64,000 nucleotides of DNA, taken from NCBI RefSeq assembly GCF_006345805.1, contig NW_021833279.1, forward strand, positions 1-64,000, in the 5' to 3' direction. Origin of the DNA: Octopus sinensis (taxonomy: Eukaryota). This document shows positions 27,784 through 41,032 of the stretch, piece after piece (positions within the stretch are counted from its first letter, which is position 1; the number at the start of each line of letters is the position of its first letter). A model generated the notes under the pieces. The model did not search any database and was not told the DNA's origin. It saw only the letters and a list, made by a program, of their open reading frames with translations. The translations under genes were made by a program, and so were the position numbers.

Positions 27784-28482
27784 ACAAGCAGACATACCCG
27801 GCATTGCTGGGGATTCAAATGGCAAAGTTGGTATATAATATATTCGAGTCATTTTGAAACAGGTGATATGGGAAAGTGCAACATTGACAACAAAACATTT
27901 GTAGAGTAAATGCTGGGCTAATTCGACTAAGCAACATGCTATGCGTCCGTTTGGAGTGTTTCAGGCCCTAACCTGTCATGCAAAATTGGAGGTGGAGTTT
28001 GAGTGATTTTTGAATGCACCGAAAAGCTGTCAGTGGATATACTCTCCTTTTAGCAGTGTGCGCTGTGTGTAACACGACCCATCATCGAAAATTTTGACAC
28101 CACACGTCGGGTTTCTTGTCCTACATCACTCATAGAGTAAATTTAAAGGAACTGTGGTTGTTCATTCGCGGGTACCAGGGAACCATTGAGGGGATAGACT
28201 TGCCCTTGAACTTTGACGTCGGCGTAAATTCATGTTTATCTATCTTCTTAGATTCACCAAAAGATGTCATTTGAAATGCAAAGTTGTATTGTCTGATATC
28301 GTTCAGAAAATCCTTTGACTGGATTGAAGCGCCTTCTAGAAGATTCCTAAGGGGTTGAGATGGTAGTGTTGTCAATGATACCTGTCCGAATATGTTGTCA
28401 TCTATTGCATTGTTTTAAGTTCTAAACGATTATAAATACCCTGAAGTTCTATTTATATGATGCTATTTCTATTTTTTCACAG

Positions 28483-28534
28483 AACCGTTTCATCTCCAAG
28501 AAATCTCTCGACGATAAACCTGATGACAGTCCAA
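28483..28534 (+). CDS. Copy 3 exon 2
   Basis: 52 nt NRFISKKSLDDKPDDSP, AG/GTAAG, intact. Confidence 0.85.
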
Positions 28535-30439
28535 GTAAGAACTAATTTTACAGCTAAAGTCTTTTACCCGTGACTCATTAACTAATGACTTATAATTTCA
28601 CCAACTTTCAATTAGTGCCACAATACTATCCATATGTCCACCATAGCATATACTAAGACACTTGCCTGAATTTATTTCAAAATATATTCTACTTTACAAT
28701 AATTTCCTAATTATAATGTTACTTTAATATACTATGCCATTTATTGTGTGTATATGAGTATATATGCAACGATACGTCGAGAATTCTACCAAGCCCTCTT
28801 TATCTGAGAATCAAATGCCCGAGCTGGCGCTTCACTGCGTTTATATCTACAATTCAGCATTCTGTCAACTCTTGTGCTTCCAATCATTCGCGAATAGAGA
28901 CCCGAAATAATGATGTTCCACTTCCCTACACAGTGCGTATTTGACAATTCTGCCTTTGGGTACTCGGCAGCCAACCAATTCAGTGCACGTTGTTGGTGAC
29001 CATCAGACGAATCAGGTAGCAGCATGTCTTCTACAAATAACAGTCGACCAATCACGTAGAGATGGATTGGGATACCTCTACCACAATGGTTGCGCATATT
29101 CAACCAGATCACAAAAAGAATGTGAGAAGGGGCACTAACAATGCACACTTCAACTAAGTGAAACCTTCACGTTGAAAACTTTCGACTTTTACATAAATAC
29201 AAACATTTGAACATCCATATAAGTACTTTATGGCAACCAGTATTTTCCCATTGAACTCACCTTTCTGGTAAACCATCCGCAACATGCCCCAGGGCACGTG
29301 ATCGTGTGCTTTTTCGTGGTTTACAGATCTGTTTTGAACGAATCTCTGGTCGGGTGTACTGCGTCCAGGACAGTAATCTTGGGCACGACATTTTCCCTAC
29401 GTATCATTTCCTGACATCTAGTGTAGACCTTTTGATAATTAGAACACACTCTTTGGTCTCTGTTTGAAATAAATTGTGATTATCTCCCCATATTACCATT
29501 GCCTTGGTGATTTTTCCAGAGGTCCAATCCACCTAGCTGACATGGGTCACTCAGAGAATAACATCTGTATTTAAGGTTTCTAAAATATCAAGCCGGACGT
29601 ACATTTCACCAGCAGCTTTACCACTTTTAAGTGAATTTAGCTCAAATAACGTCGAAGAAGAACCTGCCGAAAAATAATACAATCACGAACCCATTTCGAG
29701 GTCCAACTTCATACAGGCGGGTCACTCTCAATTTGGATGCAAAAGTCTCCACATTTTCGTTTCTGATCCCAGCATCCACTGCGGCTTCCAACTGTATTCT
29801 GTAGGTCGCACTAGACTTACCAATTTCCAGTGTTCGGCAGACTGTAGGAATTTTCAGGTTTTTAGTCATTTAGGTAGTGACGAGTTGACAACTCCACCCT
29901 TCCTTTTACCCGAACGTTCAGCAAAGAGTGAAAGATGACTGAAATCTATCAGAAACCTCTGTCACCAAGTATTTCTATACCAGACACCCTTATAAATATC
30001 CCTGTCTTCAAATAATATCTATACCATAGAGAGGAGAGTGTGTGTCCTGCACAGAAGTCTACTATGACCTCTCCATTAAGTTCACTGACGACATTCCTTC
30101 CAATCAATCCTTCTCGCGGTTATCAGTGCCAAGGTGTGCACTGAAGTCTCCTTGCAGGACAAATGACTTTACCCCAAATATATCTAAAGCTGAGGTGAAT
30201 TTGTTTAGGAAGGATTTGTATTTGAATTCGCATTTTGCTGCATATACGTACAGTACGCTAAGGGCTCGAAGGAATAGCCATACCGCATCATCCATCGAGT
30301 GGGATAAAAGCAGTTGCCTCTGGATCTTGAGTGGAGGAGACGATTCGGAAAATATATTGCAGTCTCCACCCAACTCAATCTGAGATGCATTGGGATGGAA
30401 TACAAAATATGCGTCTTCCAAACCACGTAGCAGGTCCAG

Positions 30440-31010
30440 AAGGGATCAACCGTTCATAAATGAGAATTAGACTGTCAAAACCGGACGATACAAAACGCTG
30501 CCTGTTATATATAATCGATGTCTTCTCAAGAAAGCTTCGTTACTTCGGAGGCATACACTTGGAAGTAGGTTGGAAAATCTACCGTGCAGGTTTTGTGCCA
30601 ACTATGTCAGCACAGGCGGAAGTGGGATGCTCACAATCCCTGGCTTTCGGATTGGATTATGAAGTGAATCCCACTGCGTATTAAGGGATACCTCCTGAAG
30701 CTCAAGCAGAATGAAGGAGTGGTGTAGCTGCTGGAAGTAAATGCACCCAATAGCGAGGGCAAATACAAATGCTTCCTTAACAAAGTCATTGCAGCTTTGG
30801 ATATATTTGGGGTAAAGTCATTTGTCTTACAAGGAGACTTCCGTGAACACTTTTGCGCTGATAACCGCAAGAAGTATTGATTGGGTGGAATCGCCCCACA
30901 CACATAATTGGGGTGGCCATACTAGTCTTCTGGAAGGAAACGGACTCTCTTCGCGCCAAACACCAAGCTGATATTCGTAAATGGCCAATCAGGTGCCAAG
31001 AATTGATAAT
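30440..31010 (+). mobile_element. Second, diverged RTE LINE endonuclease fragment in opposite orientation (copy 3 only)
   Basis: GWKIYRAGFVPTMSAQAEVG; ~30735-30870 is an imperfect reverse complement of ~30117-30250. Confidence 0.65.
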
Positions 31011-31085
31011 ATGGCTAACATATCTATAAAAGAAGAACTTAATCATTTTTATTGTCACAAATATATATAAATGTATATATATATG

Positions 31086-31122
<37 letters not shown>

Positions 31123-31132
31123 ATAATTATAT

Positions 31133-31192
<60 letters not shown>

Positions 31193-31194
<2 letters not shown>

Positions 31195-31608
31195 CGCTGG
31201 AGTGGCTGTGTGGTAAGTAGCTTGCTAACCAACCACATGGTTCCGGGTTCAGTCCCACTGCGTGGCACCTTGGGCAGGTGTTTTTACTATAGCCCCGGGC
31301 CGACCAATGCCTTGTGAGTGGATTTGGTAGACGGAAACTGAAAGAAGCATGTCGTATTAATATGTATATATATGTATATATATGTGTGTGTGTTTGTGTG
31401 TCTGTGTTTGTCCCCCTAGCATTGCTTGACAACCGATGCTGGTGTGTTTACGTCCCCGTCACTTAGCGGTTCGGCAAAAGATACCGATAGAATATGTACT
31501 GGGCTTACAAAGAATAAGTCCCGGGGTCGATTTGCTCGACTAAAGGCGGTGCTCCAGCATGGCCGCAGTCAAATGACTGAAACAAATAAAAGAGTAAAAG
31601 AAAAAAAG
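31193..31608 (+). mobile_element. tRNA-derived SINE family 1, full length (copy 3 only)
   Basis: Same head, body and tail as 8804-9194; flanked by (AT)n. Confidence 0.8.
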
Positions 31609-31614
31609 TGTAAC

Positions 31615-31660
<46 letters not shown>

Positions 31661-31989
31661 TCACATCCAAGTTCAACTACAAAACAAACATCCGTTCATA
31701 AGGGAGCCAAATACACATTCTGATATTCTGAGATTAATCTCTGAATTCGTTGACATCAACGTCAACAACAGGCTCAATAGACAAACGACTAATTTTCTTC
31801 GTTTAAAATTTATTCTTAGCGAATCATTTACTTCTTTCATTCTGATTCTTATTCATTCACTCATTCTTTTTCTTTTAAATTCTAAATGTCTCTCCTCTCT
31901 ATCAATTCCTTCCAAGCCAGCAACTTCCTTTGTATAGGATTCAAGAATTCTTTCTTTTAAACTAAATTGTTTCATTTTAAATTTCACAG

Positions 31990-32064
31990 AACCCGGTCCC
32001 GGATCATTGTATACCCGGTGGGGCAGAACAAGTTGTCCTCCTTATTCAAACCTTGTATATGACG
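31990..32064 (+). CDS. Copy 3 exon 3
   Basis: 75 nt, intact: KPGPGSLYTRWGRTSCPPYSNLVYDG. Confidence 0.85.
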
Positions 32065-33658
32065 GTTAGTATAAACTACACTTCTGTTCACTCTTTCTCT
32101 CTTTATCTTTCTCTTCTTCTCTTTTTATTCCTCTCATTTTCTCTTTCTGTCGCCCCCTCTCTTTCCGTTTCTCTCACGCACACGCACGCACGCACACTCA
32201 AGCAAATCATGTGATATATCACGTTTGTAACGTTACCTACAGACCCTATAGACACTATACAAGACTGCTTACTCCTTTGTAGGTATTTTGTCAAATCAGA
32301 ATTTTAAATGTTGTCTACTACGGACCAGGTGAAAAGGATGTTGTCTAACCACAGAATATAGATATTTCTACGTTAAATTATAGATAGGGACTAGACTGGA
32401 AACCAGTAGAGCGATCGAGGACTCCTGGCTGATTTGTATGGAGTGTAGATATCAAATACCGAGGCTTCTAACTGGTGATCAAGTGTACTGGGTACGGCTG
32501 GTGGTATTGTACGTGAGTGACCAGAGCTGAAATGTGGCCACTCGACTATCTTTAGTAGAGAGTCTCTTGATTGTCGTTATAGACTAAATTGAATAAGGTC
32601 TCTTAGGATTGATTAATGAGTGTATAGGGTTAATGAAATGAACGCTGAATGTACAATGTGGACTGGAAAAACCACACACTGTAACTAATGGACAAAGCTA
32701 ACTAAGGGCTGTATTTATTAAGAATAATATGGAGGGACTAAGTATCACCGAGAGAGCCCAAGTGAGTACATATTGCACTTCTATTCTTCTCGCCTTACCG
32801 AAATCGACCTATCACTGAAACCTTTCTCTTTTCATGAGCCACCTCGCCTCATTAATTGTCCAGTGTATCTTTGTAAGGTAACACCGGCACATTCAATTCA
32901 AAGCTACTGCTTCCCACATCTTCTCCAACCAACCTGGCATCCTTTGTGAATCTGCTCTCTATAAACCCTACACATATCGTTTATCGGTCGCCCACTCCGC
33001 TGTCCATTCTTCTTAAGCACTACGCCATCAATGAGCTTCAAAATTCACCCCACCTCAGTTGATGCTTTGCATGAAATAAAATCTGTGGATCATAAATATA
33101 GTATGTAGTAGTGTGGTAGGCCCGTCTGTAGTAGGCCGACTCGTCCCAGACAACCCGATGGATATAGCCAGACACACACCGTACTTATGGTCGAAACAGT
33201 ATTTCATCCCCTCTTACCCACCAGTTCTCTGCATCTCGCCGTCTCTCGTATTGTTCTACTCAAACCACATGCAATTCCCATCACCAACAATTTTCACGTT
33301 CAAACGTGAACGACATTTTCTCCAAAATCCCTTTCCTTTCTCCGTTTATTGACATCCACACACAAACACCTACCCCATGGAATACACATCACAACCACAA
33401 ATACTTACCCGTACACATACACAAACACACACACACATGAAGAGAAGACAAACGCACAGCTGCAAACTCATGCGCACTCCCATCCAGCAACACACAGCTT
33501 GCACTCACATAAACACTAACATATATACACCACAAATCGTTCACACGTGACTAAACATGACTTCTTTTAAGGGTCAAACTGTAATGAATGTTTCCGTTAT
33601 TTCATATATAATTTTGCTTAATATCTTTGTTTACTTGATTTATTCTTACCAATTCTAG

Positions 33659-34158
33659 GTGTCGTTGGTGGACAACATTTTTCCCATACTGGTGGCGGAA
33701 GTAATCTCTTATGTCTACCCAACGATCCCATTTGGGCCAATTATACTACAGAAGGTGAAGATGGAGGTTGGATTTATGGCAGTGTATATCAACTACAGTT
33801 ATACCCAACTAATAACCTCTTTTCTTTTCCTAACGCTGAATCACTTCATCAACACAACGTTCCGTGCGCTGTCTGTTTGACACGACAACCTGCTGTTGTT
33901 ATGATGTTACCAGCCAGGACAAAGTGTTACGCTGGTTGGACAGCTGAGTATTCGGGATATTTGATGACCGAGCATTATAATGATAAAGGCAGATATGAAT
34001 ATGTGTGTGTGGATTATGCACCAGAAGCTGATCCAGCAGGTTACAGAAACGAAGATGGAGCTGTTTAATATTTCGTTCAGGCTGCTTGTGGTTCATTGCC
34101 ATGTCCACCGTATGTCCATGGTCAAGAATTAACCTGCGTTGTCTGCAGTAAATATTGA
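33659..34158 (+). CDS. Copy 3 exon 4; full 500 nt with in-frame TAA at 34066-34068 (possible pseudogene)
   Basis: No indels. The GAV*YF stop replaces the Leu seen in copy 2 (GAVLYF), and the conserved GSEY reads GSVY. Confidence 0.75.
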
Positions 34159-36112
34159 ATAGAAGTTAAATTCGTTTCCATATGAAAATATGTCTGTGAA
34201 TTACAAGAAACAATATAAAATTTTCAATTTTGTTACCTAATATTTTCTTCAAAGTATGTCTACCGTTACAATAAACCGTTGTACTAGTTTACAGAAGATA
34301 TTCAAACAATACAAAAGAGGCGACGTAGAATGCTAGAAATATCCTCAAAATCAAGAAAATTCTAAATCTGTCGGAATGATTCTAGAAAACATTTTGTAAG
34401 ATTTCAGTTTATCAAACTTATCGTTGAAATAAAATGTTATTTTGTTTAACAGTATTTTGTCTTCTGTCTCATGATTCAACAAACCCCAAATAAAGTACCA
34501 CCATAGAATTATATCAGCTTTTCATGCACAGCCTTAGAAAATCTAATACTCGACGCTACTATCTCAGACATCTTGGTTTTCAAATTACAAATCAGATTCT
34601 GACAAGGAGCCATGAACCGCTACATTACTTAGCACAGAACTTAACTGATTCTTTCAACAACAACCAGATACTTCCACACTATACATTCTATTTGCTGTTA
34701 TTTATCAGGAAAGCTTTGCGTTCCATTCCAACCCCATATCTTATAAAACCTATTTATCGTCTACTTTGGAAATATCACAAAATGTTCAATTTAAGCTTTC
34801 TGAGAATGTAGAATTTACACGATCAATCCTTCAAAAGACAGTATAAATGAGTATTGGTCCTGCCAACCAAAATCTATACCAAAAAATTCCCACCTCTCTT
34901 CGAAATAAGATACAAAATGAAACTCGATGCACACAACATACACGTCATACACTAAACACTGATATACAAGAATAAGAAATGAAATCAACCAGAAAAATTG
35001 CCTCATTTCAGCAGCAGAGAACATCAAATACGACTATTTCTTTCACTCCGCTACGTAAACATACCAGAATCGAAGAAAAGATGGATCCTAGAAGCTGAAT
35101 ACATATCATGCGAAACGAATACAACACCCATAAAAGCGAGTGTAAAGAGAGCAAATATAGTCAGGGCAAGCACGGATGCTGTGTGTAAGAAGGCTGAGAT
35201 GTTGTGACCGTCACGTTATATCCAATAGGATTCATGACAGTATGTTGGAGTGTGTCGAATATTTGTCAGATAAACGAAGGGTTCGGTTTACAGCATCAAG
35301 CTGCAATAAAGATTAAAGATTATTAATGTTTACTATCCCACTATTATTAGTCTGATGGGAAAATCTGCATTCGCTTCTCTAGATTACAAATATTTTCTTG
35401 GTTGTAAATCGTAAACGATTGCAGAGAATACGGACGCTGGAAGATCTTCAAATTCATCTTTTGATTCAGCGGCATAATTAGACAGTTAAAACGACCGCCA
35501 AGTGTTTAAGCTGTACAGAGCATGCGCAGCTGCATATGCAACCCGCCATTACAATAGGAAAAATTATGGGACTTTGTTGAAATCTGACATGGCTGTAAGA
35601 TTTATTTTGTAGCTTATTTCAAATTAATATTAATTCAAGGGCCAAACAGAGAGTGTTACACACACACACACAGACACACACACAGACAAACACACACACA
35701 CAAACACACACACACACACACACACACAGACACACACACAAACACACAGACACACACACACACACACATATATATTAAATTTAGTCAAACTATATCTGAG
35801 GGGTCTAATATGCTTCATCTAAGAAAATTTAATCACAACTATGGAATTCCGCCGTACATATGCAGTCCATACGGAAGGTGCACTTGCGAATTGAGTTTCA
35901 AATGGGAGACACTGTACCTGTATGTTTTGCTATGATTTATAAAACAAGAAGAAACATATTCAAAGCTAGTGATAATGACTAGCTAAAAATATGTATGAAT
36001 GTCATTATTCGGTTTTAATAGAATATTTCTGGTCAACAGAAAGAGAGACGGCTTCTAACTTAGTTCCAAGTATCTTTCATTGGAATTTCAACAACATGAA
36101 CAGGATATTTTT

Positions 36113-36960
36113 GTATGCATGTATGTATATATGTATGTATGTATGTATGTATGTACGTATGTATGTATGTATGTATGTATGTATGTATGTATTCATGTAT
36201 GTATGTATGTATGTATGTATGTATGTATGTATGTATGCATGTATGTATGTATGCATGTATGTATGTATGTATGTATGCATGTATGTATGTATGCATGTAT
36301 GTGTATGTATGTATGTATGTATGCATGCATGTATGTATGTATGTATGCATGTATGTATGTATGTATGTATGCATGTATGTATGTATGTATGCATGCATGT
36401 ATGTATGTATGCATGTATGTATGCTTACATGTATGTATGCATGTATGTATGTATGTATGTATGAATGTATGTATCCATGTATGTATGTATGCATGTATGT
36501 ATGTATGCATGTATGTATGTATGGATAGATGTAAGTATGTGTGTATGTATGTATGTATGTATGTATGTATGTATGTGTATATGTGTCTATCGATAAATAC
36601 ATGCTTACATTCATACATACATGCATGTATACATGTATACATACATACATGTATGTATACATATATGCATGCATTTATATATGTAAGTATGAAAGTATGT
36701 ATGTATGTATGTATGTATGTATGTTTGTATGTATGTATGTGTGTATGTATGTGTGTATGTATGTATATATGTGTGTGTGTATGTATATATGTATGTATGA
36801 GGGTATGTATGTATGTATATATGTATATATTTAAGTATGTGTGTATGTATGTATGTATATATGTATGTATAGGGCGTATGTATGTATATATGTATGTATG
36901 TAAGTATGTATGTGTGTATACATGTATGTATATATGTATGTAAGTATGCATGTATTTATG
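36113..36960. repeat. (TATG)n satellite, with a second block at ~37515-37927
   Basis: Read directly; source of the MYVC/HTYI ORFs. Confidence 0.95.
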
Positions 36961-36989
36961 TCAGGTCACTTTCGAGTGCTACTGGTAAC

Positions 36990-37430
36990 ATGTAACCCAG
37001 TACAACCTGTTGCATTGTCGGGTCGTCGGCGACTAAACCGGCAACCACACCAAGCTTGCTTGGTGAGGAGGGTGTTTGTTGGACACCCTGCGGGATGAAA
37101 GACAAAACCCGTCAAAGAGCGGAGGAACTCTTGAGAGTCAACGGCCATCCAATATATGTCTTATGGCTGTATCATGCGCGGGGACATAGAAATAATCGGA
37201 CTGAATACCCGATCGCGCGGTTAAACCATTGGGAGTGAAGGACTCCTAGATTATGTTAGGGCATCCTTCTAGGAGAAGGTAACTTAGGTAACCGGGATAA
37301 CTCCGATATAAAACCTGCGGCTCAGTGGTTAACGATGACGTTGACTTGTTCTTCGATTCGGATTATGGCTGCTGTTGCTTAGTGACTGGGATTGACACAG
37401 TGCACAGCCTTTACTCAGTATAAAAAAAAA
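36990..37430 (+). mobile_element. Probable 5' UTR fragment of an RTE-type LINE
   Basis: GC-richer unique island (…cttctaggagaaggtaact…gatataaaacc) resembling RTE 5'UTR sequences from memory; no ORF support. Confidence 0.35.
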
Positions 37431-39089
37431 TCTTCATGCACAGGCATTGCAAGATAACAACATTGATTAAGCGTCGTGCAATGCCCATACTCGATAACGA
37501 GGGGGCAGCCACCAAGTATGTATGTATGAATGGATGGATGATGAATGTAATATGTATGCATGTATGTATGGATGTAATTATGTATGTATGAATATGTATA
37601 TATGTGTATACGTGTCTATCGATATATACTTGCTTATATTCAAAAATACATTTATGTATACATGTATACATACGTACATGTATGTATAAATATATGCATA
37701 CATGTATGTATGTACATATGTATGTACGTGTGTATGTATGTATGTATGTATGTATGTGTGTGTATGTATGTTTGTATGCATGTATATATGTGTGTATGTA
37801 AGTATGTGTGTATGTATGTGTGTATGTTTGTATGTATGCCTCTATGTATGTGTGCATGTATGTATGTATGTATGTATGTATGCCTGTATGTATGTGTGCA
37901 TGTATGTATGCATATATGTATGTATGAGTGGGTGGGAATTGGTAGGTTTTGATTTTGATATTCCGATAAAACGTTTCTAATCAGATTAACGCTTGTTGTG
38001 AAGAATCCAATCCGAACAGCGGACTTCATTAGATTAAGTCTTGCGATTACTGTGTGGGTTGAACGAAATACTTCCCACACTGAATATTAAAACAGTGTGT
38101 GAGTGTGAGTATGTGTGTGTGTGTGTCAGTGTATGTGTGTGTGTGGGAGTGTGTGTGTGGGAGTGTGTGTGTCAGTGTGTGTGTGTGTGTGTGTGTGTGC
38201 CAGTGTATGTGTGTGTGTCAGTGTGTGTGCGCGTGTGTATCAGCGTATATGTGTGTGCGTCAGTGTGTGTGTGTCAATGTGTATGTTTGTGCGTGAGTAT
38301 GTGTGTGTGTGTAAGACAATGTATCTGTGTGTGTTTGTCAGTGTGTGTGTTAGTGTGTGTTGGTGTGTGTGCGTGTGTGTGTTGGTGTGTGTGTATGTCA
38401 GTGTGTGTGTGTGTGTGTCAGTGTGTGTGTGTGTGTGTGTCAGTGTGTGTCAGTGTGTGTGTGGTGTGTGTGTATGTCAGTGTGTGTGTGTGTGTGTTAG
38501 TGTGTGTGCGTGTGTGTGTCTGTGTGTCAGTGTGTGTGTGTGTGTGTGTGTTGGTGTTTGTGTCAGTGTGTGCTTGTGTGTGTGTGTGTGTGTGTGTCAG
38601 TGTGTGTCAGTGTGTGTGTGTGAATGTGTCTGTGTATTTGTTGGTTGAACGAAATACTTCCCACACTGAATATTAAAACAGCTTCCCAATAATAACAAAT
38701 AAAATTAATTAACAACATTAGTAAATAAAACATGCGCACACATACGCACGCACACACGCACACGAATGCACACACCTAAAACTCACAACCCCACGAATAC
38801 ACGTATATACACCTATATACGCTTACAAACATACAAACGCACACGTACACGCACACACAAATACACGCACATACGACACTCACGCACATACATACACACA
38901 CACACACTACAAACAAAACACACACACGATACATATACATACACGCACACACAAACATACTTCAAACTAGCAGTACCTACTATTTGACCTGTGGTAGAGA
39001 CAAAGGGAGCCACGCCCAATTCCTTCTTCCTTGACCTTAACACTACTAACCCTACAACACGCAAAGATTAACAGCCACAACCACATACG

Positions 39090-39151
<62 letters not shown>

Positions 39152-39554
39152 TCATCAGTGCACTCATACACACATACACATATACGCACACGCAGACCTC
39201 CGCGCACGCTCTTATCCACACTTACACAGACATTCTTCCTCCTCTACTACTCTCCTGTCTTTGAAAGAACTTTTCTTCACCCATATCAATCCGGTCATTC
39301 AAAATGTGTGGACGTGTGTACCGTTGGCGATTTTTTTTCCTCTGTCTTCCCTCCTCTGGATCTTTCCTTCTCGTATGTTTCCGACGAAGAGCTCCACTCG
39401 AAACGTTAAACCCTCCTTCTTTCCTTTTTCCTGAGCGTCCAATAATACTATATTTGTTCCACGTCCTCGCATTGTTGTGTTTTTTGTGCTTTTTTGTTTG
39501 GATTAAATTTAACATACATGTGCGTGTATATATATATATATATGTGTAGAAATA

Positions 39555-39591
<37 letters not shown>

Positions 39592-40290
39592 ACTACCAGA
39601 CATACCCGGCATTGCTGGGGATTAAAATGGCAAAGTTGGTATATAATATATTCGAGTCATTTTGAAACAAGTGATATGGGAAAGTGCAACATTGACAACG
39701 AAACATTTGTAGAGTAAATGCTGGGCTAATTCGACTAAGCAACATGCTATGCGTCCGTTTGGAGTGCTTCAGGCCCTAACATGTCATGCAAAATTGAAGG
39801 TGGGGTTTCTGTGATTTTTGAATGCACCGAAAAGCTGTCAGTGGATATACTCTCCTTTGCAGCAGTGTGCGCTGTGTCTAACACGGCCCATCATCGGAAA
39901 TTTTGACACCTCACGTCGGGTTTGTTGTCCTACATCACTCATAGAGTCAATTTGGAGGAACTACGGTTGTTCATTCGCGGGTACCAGGGAACCAATGAGG
40001 GGATAGACTTGCCCTTGAACTTTCACGTCGGCGTAAATTCATGTTTATCTATCTTCTTAGATTCACCAAACGATGTCATTTGAAATGCAGAGTTGTATTG
40101 TCTGATATTGTTCAGAAAATCCTTTGACTGGATGGAAGCGCCTTCTAGAACATTCCTAAGGGGTTGAGATGGTAGTGTTGGCAATAATACCTGTCCAAAT
40201 ATGTTGTCATCAATTGCATTGTTTTAAGATCTAACGATAATAAATACCCTGAAGTTCTATATATATGATGCTATTTCTATTTTTTCCCAG

Positions 40291-40342
40291 AACCGTTTCA
40301 TCTCCAAGAAATCTCTTGACGATAAACCTGATGACACACTAA
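40291..40342 (+). CDS. Copy 4 exon 2
   Basis: 52 nt, AG/GTAAG, intact. Confidence 0.8.
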
Positions 40343-41032
40343 GTAAGAACTAATTTTATAGCTAAAGTCTTTTACCCGTGACTCATTAACCAATGATTTA
40401 TAATTTCACCAACTTTGAATTAGTTCCACAATACTATCCATTTGTTCCACAATAATATATACTAAGACATTTGCCTGAATTTATTTCAAAATATGTTCTA
40501 CTTTACAATAATTTCCTAAATAAATTGTTACTCTAATATATTATGCCGTTTATTGAGTGTATATGAGTATATATGCAAAACTACGTCGAGAATTATTCCA
40601 AGCCCTCTTCATCTGAGAATCAAATGCCCGAGCTGCCGCTTGACTGCGTTTATATCTACAATTCAGCATTCTGTCCACTCTTGTGCTTCCAATCATTCGT
40701 GAATAGAGACCAGAAATAATGATGTTCCACTTTCCTACACAGTGCGTATTCGTCAATCCTGCCTTGGGGTACTCGGCAGCCAACCAATTCATTGCTCGAT
40801 GTTGGTGACCATCAGACGAATCAGGTAGCAGCATGTCGTCTACAAATAACAGTCGACCGATCACGTAGAGATGAATTGGGATACCTCTACCACAATGGCT
40901 GCGCATATTCAACCAGATCACAGAAAAAGACTGTGAGAAGGGGCACTAACAATGCACACTTCAACTAAGTGAAACCTTCACGTTAAAAACTTTCGACTTT
41001 TACATAAATACAATCATTTGAACATCCATATA

